From NCBI GenBank assembly GCA_965220195.1, contig CBDCPK010000005.1:664717-696716 (forward strand): DNA of 32,000 nucleotides, read 5' to 3'. A program made the translations under genes and the position numbers. This document shows positions 1-10,429 of the stretch, in pieces (the stretch's first letter is position 1; every line of letters starts with the position of its first letter). Origin of the DNA: an uncultured Candidatus Binatia bacterium. GTDB lineage: Bacteria > Desulfobacterota > Binatia > Bin18. The notes beneath the pieces are model-generated. The model did not search any database and was not told where the DNA came from. It worked only from the letters and a program-made list of their open reading frames with translations.

Positions 1-2
1 AG

Positions 3-1286
3 ATGCTGCACCGACATGGCCATACGGCTTATTTTGCCGGTGGCTGTGTGCGGGATCGCCTCCTTGGCATTCCGGCCAAAGACTTCGATATCGCCACGGA
101 TGCCCGGACCGCCGAGATCCGGAAGATATTTTCGCAGACGATCCCGGTCGGGGCGCAGTTCGGCGTTATCCTCGTTGTCCTGGAGGGTGTTCCCTATGAG
201 GTAGCAACGTTTCGGGCGGATGGGGCCTATCATGATGGCCGTCACCCGGTAGCGGTCCGCTTCAGCACGGCCCGTGAAGACGCGCTGAGACGTGATTTCA
301 CGATTAACGGCATGTTCTTTGACCCGCTGACGGACACGGTTATCGATTATGTGGACGGGCAGGCAGACCTGCACAACCGGATCATTCGGGCCATTGGGAA
401 GCCGACGGCGCGTTTTCACGAGGACCGCATACGCCTGCTGCGAGCCGTCCGCTTTGCCGCCCGGCTGGGCTTCGCTATTGAGCCCGAGACCTGGCGGGCC
501 GTGGGCCAGTTCGCTCCGACGCTGACCGACATGGCCTGGGAGCGGATCGGCGACGAGGTGGTGAAACTCCTGACCGAAGGAGGTGCACGCCCGGGGATGG
601 GATTGTTGGCGGAGTCAGGCCTGCTGGCGGCCGTGCTGCCCGAGGTTCTGGCGCTACGCGGGGTGGCTCAGTCACCCGATTTTCATCCCGAGGGCGATGT
701 ATTTATTCACACACTGTTGGTTCTGCACCATCTCGACGCTCTGGTGCAGCCGAGCGAGGGCCTGGCCCTGGGAGCGCTGCTCCACGATATCGCAAAACCA
801 CGCTGCCAGCGGCGGGCCGGAGAGCGCATTACCTTTCACGGTCACTGCGAGTCCGGTGCGGAGATGGCGGTCGATATCTGTCAGCGTCTGAAACGCTCGC
901 GCGCGATCTGGGAGCGGGTAGCCTTCCTGGTTAAAAACCACCTGCGGCTGCTCGACGCGCCCCGCATGCGAGCGGCGACGCTCAAACGCTTTCTACGTCT
1001 CGACGGTATTGAAGAACTCCTGGAGCTCGCCCGCCTGGACGCCCTGGCGTCGCACAGCAATCTTGAGGCGTATACATTCTGCCGCCAAAAACTGCTCGCG
1101 CTCGACCCCGAGGAACTGCGCCCGCCCCGTCTGTTGAGCGGCCGGGACCTGATCCAGCTCGGATTTCAGCCCGGTCCGCAGTTCTCCACTATCCTGAGGG
1201 CGCTGGAGGAGGCCCAGCTCGAAGGCCGGGTACGCACTCGACAGGCCGCGCTCTCCTGGGTGCACCAAAACTGGCAGCAGCCCTAA
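3..1286 (+). CDS. cca: CCA-adding enzyme / tRNA nucleotidyltransferase (poly(A) polymerase family) with HD domain; 5' end probably cut by the window edge
   Basis: ORF 3..1286. It has the N-terminal nucleotidyltransferase motifs GGCVRDRLLG and DFDIAT, then RRDFTINGM, and later HD-domain motifs (FHPEGDVFIHT, LLHDIAKP). The ORF is open to the window start. Confidence 0.8.
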   Translation: MLHRHGHTAYFAGGCVRDRLLGIPAKDFDIATDARTAEIRKIFSQTIPVGAQFGVILVVLEGVPYEVATFRADGAYHDGRHPVAVRFSTAREDALRRDFTINGMFFDPLTDTVIDYVDGQADLHNRIIRAIGKPTARFHEDRIRLLRAVRFAARLGFAIEPETWRAVGQFAPTLTDMAWERIGDEVVKLLTEGGARPGMGLLAESGLLAAVLPEVLALRGVAQSPDFHPEGDVFIHTLLVLHHLDALVQPSEGLALGALLHDIAKPRCQRRAGERITFHGHCESGAEMAVDICQRLKRSRAIWERVAFLVKNHLRLLDAPRMRAATLKRFLRLDGIEELLELARLDALASHSNLEAYTFCRQKLLALDPEELRPPRLLSGRDLIQLGFQPGPQFSTILRALEEAQLEGRVRTRQAALSWVHQNWQQP

Positions 1287-2824
1287 GAAGTCTGAGCGGT
1301 GTGCTCCGACGGAGGGAGCGTCAACGGCAGGGCGACCCGGACCGTGGTTCCGTGATTGACCTTACTCTCGATCCGAAGTGCGCCGCTATGGGCCATCACA
1401 ATATGTTTGACAATGGCAAGCCCGAGGCCCGTTCCCCCCAACTCACGTGAACGGGCTTTATCCACCCGGTAAAAACGCTGGGTCAGGCGCGGGATATCGG
1501 CTTCCGGGATACCACAGCCGGTATCGGTTATGACAATCTCCAGCCAGTCCCGGGCGCCGTTGCCTATGACATCAGAAACGCTGGTATCAGGCGCCTCATG
1601 ATCGTACTCTGCCGGAGCGGAATGCCCCCACCATCCTTGTGGTGCCCCCGTGTCGTCACGTGCAGAGTGCAGCGCCGCGGAGACCGTGACCTGACCCTGA
1701 GCGGGCGTATATTTGACCGCGTTGTCAATCAGGTTGATCAAGACCTGATGCAGGCGATCCCTATCTCCTCTCACGGTGGGCAGGGCGGGCGGGAGATGGT
1801 GAGAGAGGGCGATATTCCCCCGCAAGGCTTTCTCCTGGATCACATCAAACGCTTCCTGGACGAGTTCAGGGATATGGAGTTCCTTCCGGTGGAGCTCGGC
1901 CTGCCCCAATTCCAGGTTGGATAAGGTCAACAGGTCGTCTATGAGGCGGCTAAGACGTTCCGAGTGCCGGTCAATAATCGTGAGAAAGCGGGTCGCGTGC
2001 TCGGGGTCGTGGAGGGCACCCGTGAGCAGGGTTTCCGCATAGCCCTTGATCGCGGTGAGCGGGGTGCGAAGTTCGTGCGACACATTGGCCACAAAGTCTG
2101 CCCGGATGGATTCGAGCTGTTTGATCGGGGTCAGATCGTGACAGCTTAACACATACCCGCTGGCTGGTGGGCGGCTTCCCTGAGGCCCCCCATACTCTCC
2201 GCTGTGGGGCAGGCGCAAGACGCTCACGGCGAGCTGTCGCGGCTCCCGGCCCTCGACTTCGATTTCCTGGGTGACTCCCTCAGCCGATTCGGCGGACAAA
2301 AGCTGATGCAGAACAGGGTGGCGGGAAAATTCCTGAAAGGGCCGGCCCTGCCAGTCTTCCGTTGGGTCCAGACCAAACAGATGCAACGCGGCCGGGTTCC
2401 AGCGCACAATGTTGCCCTGCGGATCAAGCACGACAATGCCTTCAGCCATGCTGTGGAGCAGGGCTTCGAGTTCTTTCTTTTCGTCTTGGAGCTGCTGAAC
2501 GTGTCGGCCTTGCGTCGTGAGGAGTCGGGAGAGCTGGTACTCGATAGTACCCAGCACGTCATTTTCACGGACAGGGAGAGCAGGGAGAGGGGCTTGGTCC
2601 GGGGTCACAGAAAGAAAAGCGCTGAGCGCGCTCAAACGCCGCCGCAACTGTGTCCGCTGACGCAATGCGATGCCCAGCGCGACAATGCCACAGATCAGGG
2701 CTGCATACCAGACCCACTGCGGACGAGCGTCCACGGGAAGGGACAAAAAGAGATGGAGGAGGAGCAGGGCCAGCAGAGCCAGGCCAACCGGAAACAGAAC
2801 GGCAAAGGTAATATTATCTCTCAC
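1283..2824 (-). CDS. phoR: Phosphate-regulon sensor histidine kinase (PhoR-like)
   Basis: Has N-terminal TM segments, a PAS-like region, the H-box FVANVSHELRTPLTAIKGY, and HATPase boxes LINLIDNAVKYT, DTGCGIP and GGTGLGLAIVKH. It lies directly downstream of phoB. The GTG start at 2824 is unverified. Its stop overlaps the cca stop convergently. Confidence 0.8.
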   Translation of the reverse strand: MRDNITFAVLFPVGLALLALLLLHLFLSLPVDARPQWVWYAALICGIVALGIALRQRTQLRRRLSALSAFLSVTPDQAPLPALPVRENDVLGTIEYQLSRLLTTQGRHVQQLQDEKKELEALLHSMAEGIVVLDPQGNIVRWNPAALHLFGLDPTEDWQGRPFQEFSRHPVLHQLLSAESAEGVTQEIEVEGREPRQLAVSVLRLPHSGEYGGPQGSRPPASGYVLSCHDLTPIKQLESIRADFVANVSHELRTPLTAIKGYAETLLTGALHDPEHATRFLTIIDRHSERLSRLIDDLLTLSNLELGQAELHRKELHIPELVQEAFDVIQEKALRGNIALSHHLPPALPTVRGDRDRLHQVLINLIDNAVKYTPAQGQVTVSAALHSARDDTGAPQGWWGHSAPAEYDHEAPDTSVSDVIGNGARDWLEIVITDTGCGIPEADIPRLTQRFYRVDKARSRELGGTGLGLAIVKHIVMAHSGALRIESKVNHGTTVRVALPLTLPPSEHTAQTS

Positions 2825-2856
2825 ACGAGGGTGCTGCGTTGCTTCCGGTAGCGCGG

Positions 2857-3603
2857 CTAGGCCTCAAGCGCTTCCGGGTTAAATTTATACCCAACTCCAC
2901 GCACGGTGAGGAGCAGACTCGGGTTGGCATCATCTTGCTCAATGCGCTTCCGTAGGCGACGGATATGGACGTCGATCGTGCGGGGCTCAATATAGACGTT
3001 ATGCCCCCACACCAGATCGAGGATTTGGGTCCGGCTGAAAACGCGGTTCGGAGACTGGACAAAAAATTTGAGCAGTTCAAACTCACGCAGACCAAGTTCG
3101 AGCGGATTGCCATCGAGCTTCACCTCGTAGGTATCGTAATCGATCTGGAGCCGGCCACGGGCATACATCTGGTGCGGCTGGTCTGCAGGCGGCCCGTAGG
3201 TCCGTCGCAGGACAGCTTTGACCCGAGCGACGAGTTCGCGCGGACTGAAGGGTTTGGTAATGTAGTCGTCCGCTCCCATTTCGAGGCCCAGAACCTTATC
3301 GACCTCGGAGGCGCGCGCCGTCAGCATCAGAATCGGGACGGTGGCCATCTTGTCTTGTGCGCGTAAAGTTCGACACACCTCAAGGCCGGACAGGCCGGGC
3401 AGCATAAGGTCGAGAATAATAAGCGCCGGCCGTTCAATAGCAGCAAGACGCAGACTCACTTCACCGTCACTCGCTTCAAGGACGGTAAAACCTTCGGCTT
3501 CCAGATGATATCGAACCAGGTCGCGGATGTCTTTTTCATCTTCAATGATCAGCACTTTCCGCTTGGGCTCCGCCGCCTCCGCTGTCTGCTGTTGTCCTGC
3601 CAT
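2857..3603 (-). CDS. phoB: OmpR/PhoB-family response regulator (PhoB-like)
   Basis: Has a receiver domain (KVLIIEDEKDIRDLV, ILDLMLPG, ITKPF) and a winged-helix output domain (LTVRGVGYKF). It sits between phoU and phoR. Confidence 0.85.
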   Translation of the reverse strand: MAGQQQTAEAAEPKRKVLIIEDEKDIRDLVRYHLEAEGFTVLEASDGEVSLRLAAIERPALIILDLMLPGLSGLEVCRTLRAQDKMATVPILMLTARASEVDKVLGLEMGADDYITKPFSPRELVARVKAVLRRTYGPPADQPHQMYARGRLQIDYDTYEVKLDGNPLELGLREFELLKFFVQSPNRVFSRTQILDLVWGHNVYIEPRTIDVHIRRLRKRIEQDDANPSLLLTVRGVGYKFNPEALEA

Positions 3604-3616
3604 AACCTCCTCGGTT

Positions 3617-4372
3617 TTAGACTGACTCGGGTAAGGGCGAGAGGTGGCGTATGCTCTTGCCCTTTGCCAGATAGATCACCATCTCGGCGATATTGGTGGC
3701 GTGGTCCGCCACCCGCTCAAGGTATTTGGCAATAAACAATATCCGCATGGCGCGGGGGGCGTATTCGGGTTCCTGCCGCATCTGAGACAGCATGGTGTTG
3801 AAGATCTGCGCGGTTAAATCATCGATCCGGTCATCGCGCTGACACACACTCAGGGCCAGGTCGGGCGCCTCAACCACAAAATCGCCGAGTTTATCTCCGA
3901 GGGTAATACGCGTATCGGAGGTGGCGGTGACATCAGTGGAGGACTGCAAGAAAGCGTCGAGACTATCGCGCAGCATGGCCCGGGCGCCCTCGGCCATTTC
4001 GGGTAATTCGGGCCGCGGGGCAGGGGGCGCTTCCTGATTGAGTTCGATCGCTCGCTCACAGATATTCTCGGCGATATCGCCGATACGCTCGAGGTCGGTT
4101 GAAATCCGCAGACTGGTGGTAATAAAACGCAGATCCCGCGCGGCCGGCTGATGCAGGGCAAGGAGACGGATGCAGGCCTCATCAATGGCGACATCAAGAT
4201 AGTTGACCATATGGTCACGCTCTATGACCTCATGGGCGGTCTGCGAGTCGCGCTCGACGAACGAGTTGAAAGCGTCTCCGATCTGCTTTTCAACCAGCCC
4301 ACCCATTTCCAACACCTTGGCCCGAAGCTGCTGGAGTTCTTCTTCGTATTGGCTATCCGTATGAAGTGGCAT
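3617..4372 (-). CDS. phoU: Phosphate transport system regulator PhoU
   Basis: Shows the two-repeat PhoU architecture (LERIGDIAENI and LERVADHATNIAE). The SD sequence GGAGGGAG lies just upstream of the ATG at 4372. It follows pstB. Confidence 0.9.
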   Translation of the reverse strand: MPLHTDSQYEEELQQLRAKVLEMGGLVEKQIGDAFNSFVERDSQTAHEVIERDHMVNYLDVAIDEACIRLLALHQPAARDLRFITTSLRISTDLERIGDIAENICERAIELNQEAPPAPRPELPEMAEGARAMLRDSLDAFLQSSTDVTATSDTRITLGDKLGDFVVEAPDLALSVCQRDDRIDDLTAQIFNTMLSQMRQEPEYAPRAMRILFIAKYLERVADHATNIAEMVIYLAKGKSIRHLSPLPESV

Positions 4373-4385
4373 ACTCCCTCCGCTT

Positions 4386-5243
4386 CTAGCCGAATCGGCC
4401 GGTAATATAGTCTTCCGTGGCCTGTTTTTCCGGGGTGGTAAATAGTTTTTCGGTCTTCCCGAACTCTATCAACTCACCCAAATACATAAAAGCGGTGAAA
4501 TCCGAGACCCGTGCGGCCTGCTGCATATTGTGGGTGACGATGACAATCGTATACTGCTTTTTCAGCTCATGGATAAGTTCTTCAATTTTTGTCGTGGCAA
4601 TCGGATCCAGGGCGGAGCAGGGTTCATCCATCAGGATAACTTCGGGCTCAACCGCAATGGTCCGGGCGATGCACAGGCGTTGGTGCTGCCCACCGGATAA
4701 ACCCAGCGCATTGTCGTGCAGCCGATCCTTGGCTTCTTCCCACAGCGCCGCGCTGCGCAGGCTCTTCTCGACAATGTCGTCGAGCTGCGCCTTGTTGTGA
4801 ATTCCGAGCACACGCGGCCCGTAAGCCACGTTTTCGTAGATGGTCTTGGGAAAGGGATTCGGCTTTTGGAACACCATGCCGACCCGTTTGCGCAACGCGG
4901 TGACGTCCAGGGTTTGATCAAGAATTTGGATGCCACCCACGATAATACTGCCGCTGGTCGTACAGCCATCGATCAGGTCGTTCAGACGGTTCAGACAGCG
5001 CAGCAGGGTGGACTTCCCACAACCCGACGGGCCTATGAAGGCCGTCACCTGGCCTTTGGCGATATCCATATTGATGTGCTTGAGGGTCTGGGTCGTGCCG
5101 TCGTAGCTAAGACACACGTCCCGAATTTCGACTTCCACAGTGTTGCGCGTACCAAGTGCCGTAGGGTCATGACCGTTGCCCGAATCCGGTCGTGGCGGCA
5201 AGGTGACGGCATGGCCGACTGGGGATTTTTCCTGGCTTTCCAT
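4386..5243 (-). CDS. pstB: Phosphate ABC transporter ATP-binding protein PstB
   Basis: Has Walker [10 protein letters not shown], signature LSGGQHQRL and Walker B ILMDEP. The start was moved from 5306 to ATG 5243 (MESQEK), which is preceded by AAGGGAGGA and lies 13 nt after the pstA stop. Confidence 0.92.
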   Translation of the reverse strand: MESQEKSPVGHAVTLPPRPDSGNGHDPTALGTRNTVEVEIRDVCLSYDGTTQTLKHINMDIAKGQVTAFIGPSGCGKSTLLRCLNRLNDLIDGCTTSGSIIVGGIQILDQTLDVTALRKRVGMVFQKPNPFPKTIYENVAYGPRVLGIHNKAQLDDIVEKSLRSAALWEEAKDRLHDNALGLSGGQHQRLCIARTIAVEPEVILMDEPCSALDPIATTKIEELIHELKKQYTIVIVTHNMQQAARVSDFTAFMYLGELIEFGKTEKLFTTPEKQATEDYITGRFG

Positions 5244-5256
5244 GCTAATCCTCCCT

Positions 5257-6885
5257 TTAGAAGGCGCCAAAGCGTAGGCGGCTGCGTAAGCGGTTCCGAA
5301 TCGCAATCGCAGCCAGGTTCAAGGCAATGACAATCACAATCAGCAGCAGGGTCGTCATAAAGACCATGGGCTTGGCCGCCTCGACATTCGGCGACTGAAA
5401 ACCGACATCGTAAATATGAAACCCCAGGTGCATAAATTTCCGTTCCAGGTGAAAGAACGGCCAGTGGCCGTCAACGGGCAGGGTTGGGGCCAGTTTGACA
5501 ACGCCGGTGATCATCAGCGGAGCGACTTCCCCGGCGCCGCGGGCCATGGCCAGAATAGTCCCGGTCAGGATCCCCGGCAGCGCGCCGGGAATCACGATTT
5601 TTTGCAGGGTCTCCCATTTGGTCGCGCCCAGCGCCAATGAGCCCTCCCGCCACTCTGTTGGGATGGCGGACAACGATTCTTCTGTTGCGACAATAACCAC
5701 CGGGACGGTCAGCAAGGCCAAGGTCAACGAAGCCCACAGAATCCCGCCGGTTCCATAGGTCGGGGTGGGGAGAGAATCCTGGTAGAAGAGCTGGTCCAGC
5801 GACCCGCCGATCACATACACAAAAAACCCGAGGCCAAAGACGCCAAACACAATCGAGGGCACGCCGGCGAGGTTGTTGACCGCAATCCGGACGGCGCGAA
5901 CCAGGGGACCCTGCTTGGCATACTCGCGCAGATACAGGGCGGCAACTACGCCAAAGGGGACCACCACAATACTCATGATGATGACCATCATGACCGTCCC
6001 GAAAATAGCGGGGAACACGCCGCCTTCGGTGTTTGCCTCGCGCGGGTCTTCCCAAAAGAATTCCCAGAAGCGCGTCACATACAGGCCGAGGCGTTCCAAC
6101 CAGTTCATATTATTGGGCAGAAAGCCGCGCACCACACCGGCAATGGCCAGATCTTTCTCTTTGCCGTTAATGTCCTGTACAGTAATGTGATAGCGTGAGT
6201 TTTCCTGGTATAAGGCCGCGAGTTCTTGGGCCTTTTCCTCATAGACCTGTTGCCGGGAGGCTATTTCCTGCTCAAGGCCGGCGACTTTTTCGGCGGCCCG
6301 GGTCGGATCGGTGTCCCGGCGTTGCGTCCGCTTGACCTCAATGCGCAGTTGTTCGAGGTCGTAGTTAATATCCCCGATATCCTTCTTTTCGATGGTGTGG
6401 ATATCATCCAGCGTCGCTTGCGTCCTGGCGTGGAGTTCGAGGAACTTTGGCCAAGCCTGGTCAAAGCCCTCGGCGACGATTTCGCCGTCCTGTCGCACCG
6501 TGGTGAGAAAGCCGAAAAACGGACCCCATTCATACCGTTCCAAATAAATCACCTGCTCGGGAAACGCATGCCCGGTCATCAGGCTGTCATCCACCCAGCG
6601 AAAATCGGAGCCGTACAGGTCGCGGTTGGCGACCTGGAATTGCGTCCGGTAGTATTCCCGGACGTCTCCGGTCTGTTGCGGAATAGCCTCCTGAGCACGG
6701 ACCGCCCCCAGGAGCTTTTGTCCATTCTGAAGGTCAACGGCTCTGAGTTGATCGGGCCAGAAGAACCCGAGCGCATTGGCCCCAACGATCCAAATGAGGG
6801 CAGCGATCATAAGCAGACTGAAGGCCAGGGTTCCCCCTGTCATCCAGATGAAAGGGTCGCCGCTGCGTAGAAAACCTTTGAACAT
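5257..6885 (-). CDS. pstA: Phosphate ABC transporter permease PstA (long form with a large extracytoplasmic insertion)
   Basis: The C-terminal permease core carries the loop [21 protein letters not shown] predicted coiled-coil insertion of ~200 aa follows TM1. The start was set at ATG 6885 (MFKGF), preceded by GGGGGTGG. The alternative start at 6966 would overlap pstC. Confidence 0.85.
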   Translation of the reverse strand: MFKGFLRSGDPFIWMTGGTLAFSLLMIAALIWIVGANALGFFWPDQLRAVDLQNGQKLLGAVRAQEAIPQQTGDVREYYRTQFQVANRDLYGSDFRWVDDSLMTGHAFPEQVIYLERYEWGPFFGFLTTVRQDGEIVAEGFDQAWPKFLELHARTQATLDDIHTIEKKDIGDINYDLEQLRIEVKRTQRRDTDPTRAAEKVAGLEQEIASRQQVYEEKAQELAALYQENSRYHITVQDINGKEKDLAIAGVVRGFLPNNMNWLERLGLYVTRFWEFFWEDPREANTEGGVFPAIFGTVMMVIIMSIVVVPFGVVAALYLREYAKQGPLVRAVRIAVNNLAGVPSIVFGVFGLGFFVYVIGGSLDQLFYQDSLPTPTYGTGGILWASLTLALLTVPVVIVATEESLSAIPTEWREGSLALGATKWETLQKIVIPGALPGILTGTILAMARGAGEVAPLMITGVVKLAPTLPVDGHWPFFHLERKFMHLGFHIYDVGFQSPNVEAAKPMVFMTTLLLIVIVIALNLAAIAIRNRLRSRLRFGAF

Positions 6886-6925
6886 GCCACCCCCTGATGC
6901 GTGCGGCGCCACGGACGCCGAAGAA

Positions 6926-9259
6926 TTAGATACGGCCATAACGATCTCGTAAACGCTGGCGGACAACTTCCGCCGCGGTATTGACCAAAAACGTTAAAAT
7001 AAAGAGGAGCAGGGCGGCCAGGAAGAGGACGCGGTAGAGCGTCCCGCCGTGAGGCGCTTCCGGGATTTCCACCGCGATATTCGCCGATAAGGCGCGGAAG
7101 CCCGTAAAAGGATCAAAATCCATGACGGGCGTATTGCCGGTGGCCATCAGGACAATCATGGTTTCTCCAACCGCCCGGCCAAAGCCGATCATAATCGCCG
7201 AGAACACACCCGGGCTGGCCGTTGGCAGCACGACCCGCAGGGCGGTTTGCCAGCGCGTCGCCCCAAGCGCTAACGAGCCTGAAATAAGATGCTGGGGCAC
7301 GTTGGAAAAGGCATCTTCACATATGGTGTAGATAATGGGGATAACGGCAAAGCCCATCGCAAAACCCACAACCAGGGAGTTGCGGGGGTCGTACCGCACC
7401 CCGGTGGTGTCGTACAGCCATTGGGGAAAGTCACCGGCGAAAAAGGCCGCCTCAAGTGGGTTGTCAAGCAGGACACACACATAGATGGTGAGCATGAGCA
7501 GCGGGCCCAGAAGCACGAGTTCCGCGCCCGGCTTCAGGCTGCTGCGAAATCCAAGGGGCAGCAGCCGCCAGGCAAATGAGGCGCCCAAGGTCACCAGGGG
7601 CAGTGCAATAAACAGCAGCAGCAGGGCGGGCACCATGTCGGCCACCAGGGGCGCCAGCCACAGACCGGCGAAAAAGCCGAGCACGACGCTGGGCAGGGCG
7701 GCCATCACCTCAACCGAGGGCTTAACCATATTGCGTAGGCGCGGGTGCATGAACTGGGAGGTATATATCGCGCCGCACAAACTGAGGGGAATGGCTAGCA
7801 GCAGAGCGTAAAATGTTCCTTTTAAGGTCCCGTAGGCCAGTGGGGAGAGGCTGAATTTCGGCTCAAAATCGTCCGTTCCACTGCTGGACTGCCAGGTATA
7901 GTCCGGGGCGTCATAGCCCTCGTACCATATCTTCCCGAACAGGGCCGAGAGGGTGATCTCGGGATGAGGGTTGTCAACCGCCCAGTTGTACAGCTGGCCT
8001 TCTTGATTGAGAGCGATGATACCATTTGTCCGGGGGGCATAGGCGAGCTGCGTAATCGGGCTGCCGGTTGTGTCACGGCTCAACATAGTGGCTTCAGTGG
8101 TGGAATACTGTATACGAACCGTGCCGCTGGTATCGCCGGTCACGAAGCCTTTATTCCGTGGAGAGGGGGAGATGGTCGTGATGGCTGCGTCGTGGGACTG
8201 CATGACATGAATTTCACGGAAGGGAAGTTCGGCCGGATTGTCCTGATCGCGCACCTGGAACCAGACACTCACCCCCCCGGCGCCATCTCCCATGACCAGA
8301 GAGCGGTCGCCAATCAACCAGGCCATTACCCGAACGGGAGCCCGCTCCTGACTCCGCAAGCGCGGCATGACCTGGGGCGTGGCGGCGTTGCGAATATCCC
8401 AATGGATCACTTCGCCGGTTTCTAACGCGGCAAAGACGTTCCGCTGTTCCGCATCCAAGGTCAACGCTGTCGCGTCCGCATCCAGCGCAGCTGAGAGCTC
8501 TGTGCGGTGTTCCGATACTTGGGGTTCGCCTAAGAACGATTCTTCGATTGTCCGGGACAGAAAGAGGAGGGTGCGTGGGCCGAGCAGGGCGGCCAGGGTC
8601 ATCTTCTCCTCGTCTTCGCTGGTACTCTGATAAGCCAGAGCACGAATAGCACGGCCCTGCGGGTCGAGGACAATCGCCTCGTCTTCCGTGACCTGAGGCG
8701 TGCTGATGCGGGTCTTGCCCTCAAACGAGACCGGGAAGGAGATCGTCAGGGGAATAACGACACCGTCAGCGGTTCCGAGCGCGGCGGTGTGGGTCAGGTT
8801 GCGATAGTGGACCGCAGTGATCCGTCGTCCCTGCAGGGCTTGGATCTCATAACGCTGGAGGAGGCGGTTGTCTGAGAGGGAGAGAAAATCAACCGTTCCC
8901 GTCTGGGTAATGGTGTAGGCGATCTCTCGATATTCATCGATGCCCAGAGCCAAGACATCCGTATGAGGCCCGTTGCCGACCAGATGAGTCAACGGAATTG
9001 GCGGGGTCTCAAGCTCCGCAGTGGGTGCCTTCCAGAGGGGTAAGGTTTCGGCCACGATCACAAAGAGAATAGCGGCAATACTCAGAATAACGGCAAAGCC
9101 ACCAGCAGTGATCAGGATAGTCGCAGCCTTATCAACCAGCTTTTTCCGCTGGAGTCGGCTTTTATCTTCAGTCGCCGAGAGACGGACGCCGACCGGCTGC
9201 GCTCCGTTTGCGGCCGGCAGCGATGACGGTTGGGATGGACGTTCCTGCGTCTCCGGCAT
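6926..9259 (-). CDS. pstC: Phosphate ABC transporter permease PstC (long form with ~400-aa N-terminal periplasmic repeat domain)
   Basis: The C-terminal permease core carries [20 protein letters not shown]. The N-terminal part has one TM segment, then repeated beta-propeller-like motifs (GEVIHWDIRN, GGVSVWFQVRD, SGTVRIQYS, EGQLYNWAVDN). AAGGTAGG lies upstream of the ATG. Confidence 0.8.
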   Translation of the reverse strand: MPETQERPSQPSSLPAANGAQPVGVRLSATEDKSRLQRKKLVDKAATILITAGGFAVILSIAAILFVIVAETLPLWKAPTAELETPPIPLTHLVGNGPHTDVLALGIDEYREIAYTITQTGTVDFLSLSDNRLLQRYEIQALQGRRITAVHYRNLTHTAALGTADGVVIPLTISFPVSFEGKTRISTPQVTEDEAIVLDPQGRAIRALAYQSTSEDEEKMTLAALLGPRTLLFLSRTIEESFLGEPQVSEHRTELSAALDADATALTLDAEQRNVFAALETGEVIHWDIRNAATPQVMPRLRSQERAPVRVMAWLIGDRSLVMGDGAGGVSVWFQVRDQDNPAELPFREIHVMQSHDAAITTISPSPRNKGFVTGDTSGTVRIQYSTTEATMLSRDTTGSPITQLAYAPRTNGIIALNQEGQLYNWAVDNPHPEITLSALFGKIWYEGYDAPDYTWQSSSGTDDFEPKFSLSPLAYGTLKGTFYALLLAIPLSLCGAIYTSQFMHPRLRNMVKPSVEVMAALPSVVLGFFAGLWLAPLVADMVPALLLLFIALPLVTLGASFAWRLLPLGFRSSLKPGAELVLLGPLLMLTIYVCVLLDNPLEAAFFAGDFPQWLYDTTGVRYDPRNSLVVGFAMGFAVIPIIYTICEDAFSNVPQHLISGSLALGATRWQTALRVVLPTASPGVFSAIMIGFGRAVGETMIVLMATGNTPVMDFDPFTGFRALSANIAVEIPEAPHGGTLYRVLFLAALLLFILTFLVNTAAEVVRQRLRDRYGRI

Positions 9260-9311
9260 GATAGACCTACCTTATGCTATTCTGCGAACAGGGCAAGCGG
9301 CGAACGTGAAC

Positions 9312-9366
9312 AAAGAGGGAACGTGTCCAGCCTTGTACCTGCTATTAGAGGACACGTTTCCTCTTT
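9312..9366. repeat. Palindromic ~55-bp element, copy 1 (arms AAAGAGGGAACGTGTCC / GGACACGTTTCCTCTTT)
   Basis: The 17-bp inverted arms have 1 mismatch and a 21-nt spacer. It lies in the pstS-pstC intergenic region. It belongs to the same family as the copies at 23244, 25945, 27178 and 28877. Confidence 0.85.
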
Positions 9367-9397
9367 CAAAGAAGGGCGGGGGAGTCCCCCACCCTTC
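9367..9397 (-). terminator. GC-rich hairpin, a candidate intra-operon attenuator after pstS
   Basis: On the minus strand the sequence GAAGGGTGGGGGA-C-TCCCCCGCCCTTC forms a 13-bp stem with 1 mismatch, followed by TTTG. It lies 42 nt after the pstS stop. The U-run is short, so it would be an attenuator rather than a full terminator. Confidence 0.45.
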
Positions 9398-9438
9398 TGT
9401 TACTTCATCCTGGTTCGAACGTGTGCGTAAGAGGGCGC

Positions 9439-10410
9439 TTATTCCTCCATTGCCGCTCGATCTTCATTCACCAGCTTGGCAGACATTGGATAGTAGCCGT
9501 CCTTGACCACGATCTCTTGTCCTTCTTTGCTCAGGACAAACTTGAGAAATTCCTTGGTCAGGGGATCGAGCACCCTGTTCGGTTCTTTGTTCACATAGAC
9601 ATACAGGAAACGGGACAGGGGGTACTTCCCGCTGGCCACGTTCTCGTAGGTGGGCTCGACATAGTCGCTGCCCTCTTTGACCAAGGGGATGGGGCGCACG
9701 CCCGAGGTCGTGTAGCCGATACCGCTATAGCCCGCGCCGTTGCGGTCTTCACTCACACCTTGAACCACGGAGGCTGAGCCCGGCTGCTCCTTCACCGTAT
9801 CCTTGTAGTCTCCCTTGCACAGCGCAACCTTCTTGAAGAAGCCGTAGGTGCCCGAGGCGGAATTCCGGCCGTACAGGCTGATCGGAGCTGAGGCCCAGTT
9901 TCCTGTCAGACCCAGGTCGCCCCAGGTGGCAGTATCTAGAGGTGCGCCACATTTGCGGTTTTTCGAGAAGAGGGCATCGACCTGCTGAAGGTTGAGGCCC
10001 TGGACCGGATTGTCCTTATTGACAAAGACGGCCAGTGAGTCGAGCGAGGTACGAATCGGGGTCGGTTTGTACCCGAACTTCTTCTCAAACTCGTCCATTT
10101 CTTTGCTCTTCATAGCACGGGACATGGGACCGAGTTGGGCCGTGGCTTCAATCAGGGCCGGGGGGGCCGTGCTTGAGCCTTTGCCTTCGATCTGGACGTT
10201 CACGTTGGGATAGACTTTTTTAAACCCTTCGGCCCAGAGGGTCATCAGGTTGTTCAGCGTGTCCGAACCGATACTGTTCAGATTGCCCGAGATGCCGCTG
10301 ACCTTTTCATAGCTGGGCAGGTCGGCATCGACCTGAATCGTCTGAGCGTTTGCCACCGAGGCGCTCAGCGCCACGGCTCCACACAGGGCCAGTAGTTTTC
10401 GCATTTTCAT
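9439..10410 (-). CDS. pstS: Phosphate-binding periplasmic protein PstS
   Basis: Has a signal peptide ([22 protein letters not shown]) and PstS-family motifs ([29 protein letters not shown]). GAGGAGAG lies upstream of the ATG. Confidence 0.9.
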   Translation of the reverse strand: MKMRKLLALCGAVALSASVANAQTIQVDADLPSYEKVSGISGNLNSIGSDTLNNLMTLWAEGFKKVYPNVNVQIEGKGSSTAPPALIEATAQLGPMSRAMKSKEMDEFEKKFGYKPTPIRTSLDSLAVFVNKDNPVQGLNLQQVDALFSKNRKCGAPLDTATWGDLGLTGNWASAPISLYGRNSASGTYGFFKKVALCKGDYKDTVKEQPGSASVVQGVSEDRNGAGYSGIGYTTSGVRPIPLVKEGSDYVEPTYENVASGKYPLSRFLYVYVNKEPNRVLDPLTKEFLKFVLSKEGQEIVVKDGYYPMSAKLVNEDRAAMEE

Positions 10411-10429
10411 ACTCTCTCCTCTCTAGGGT

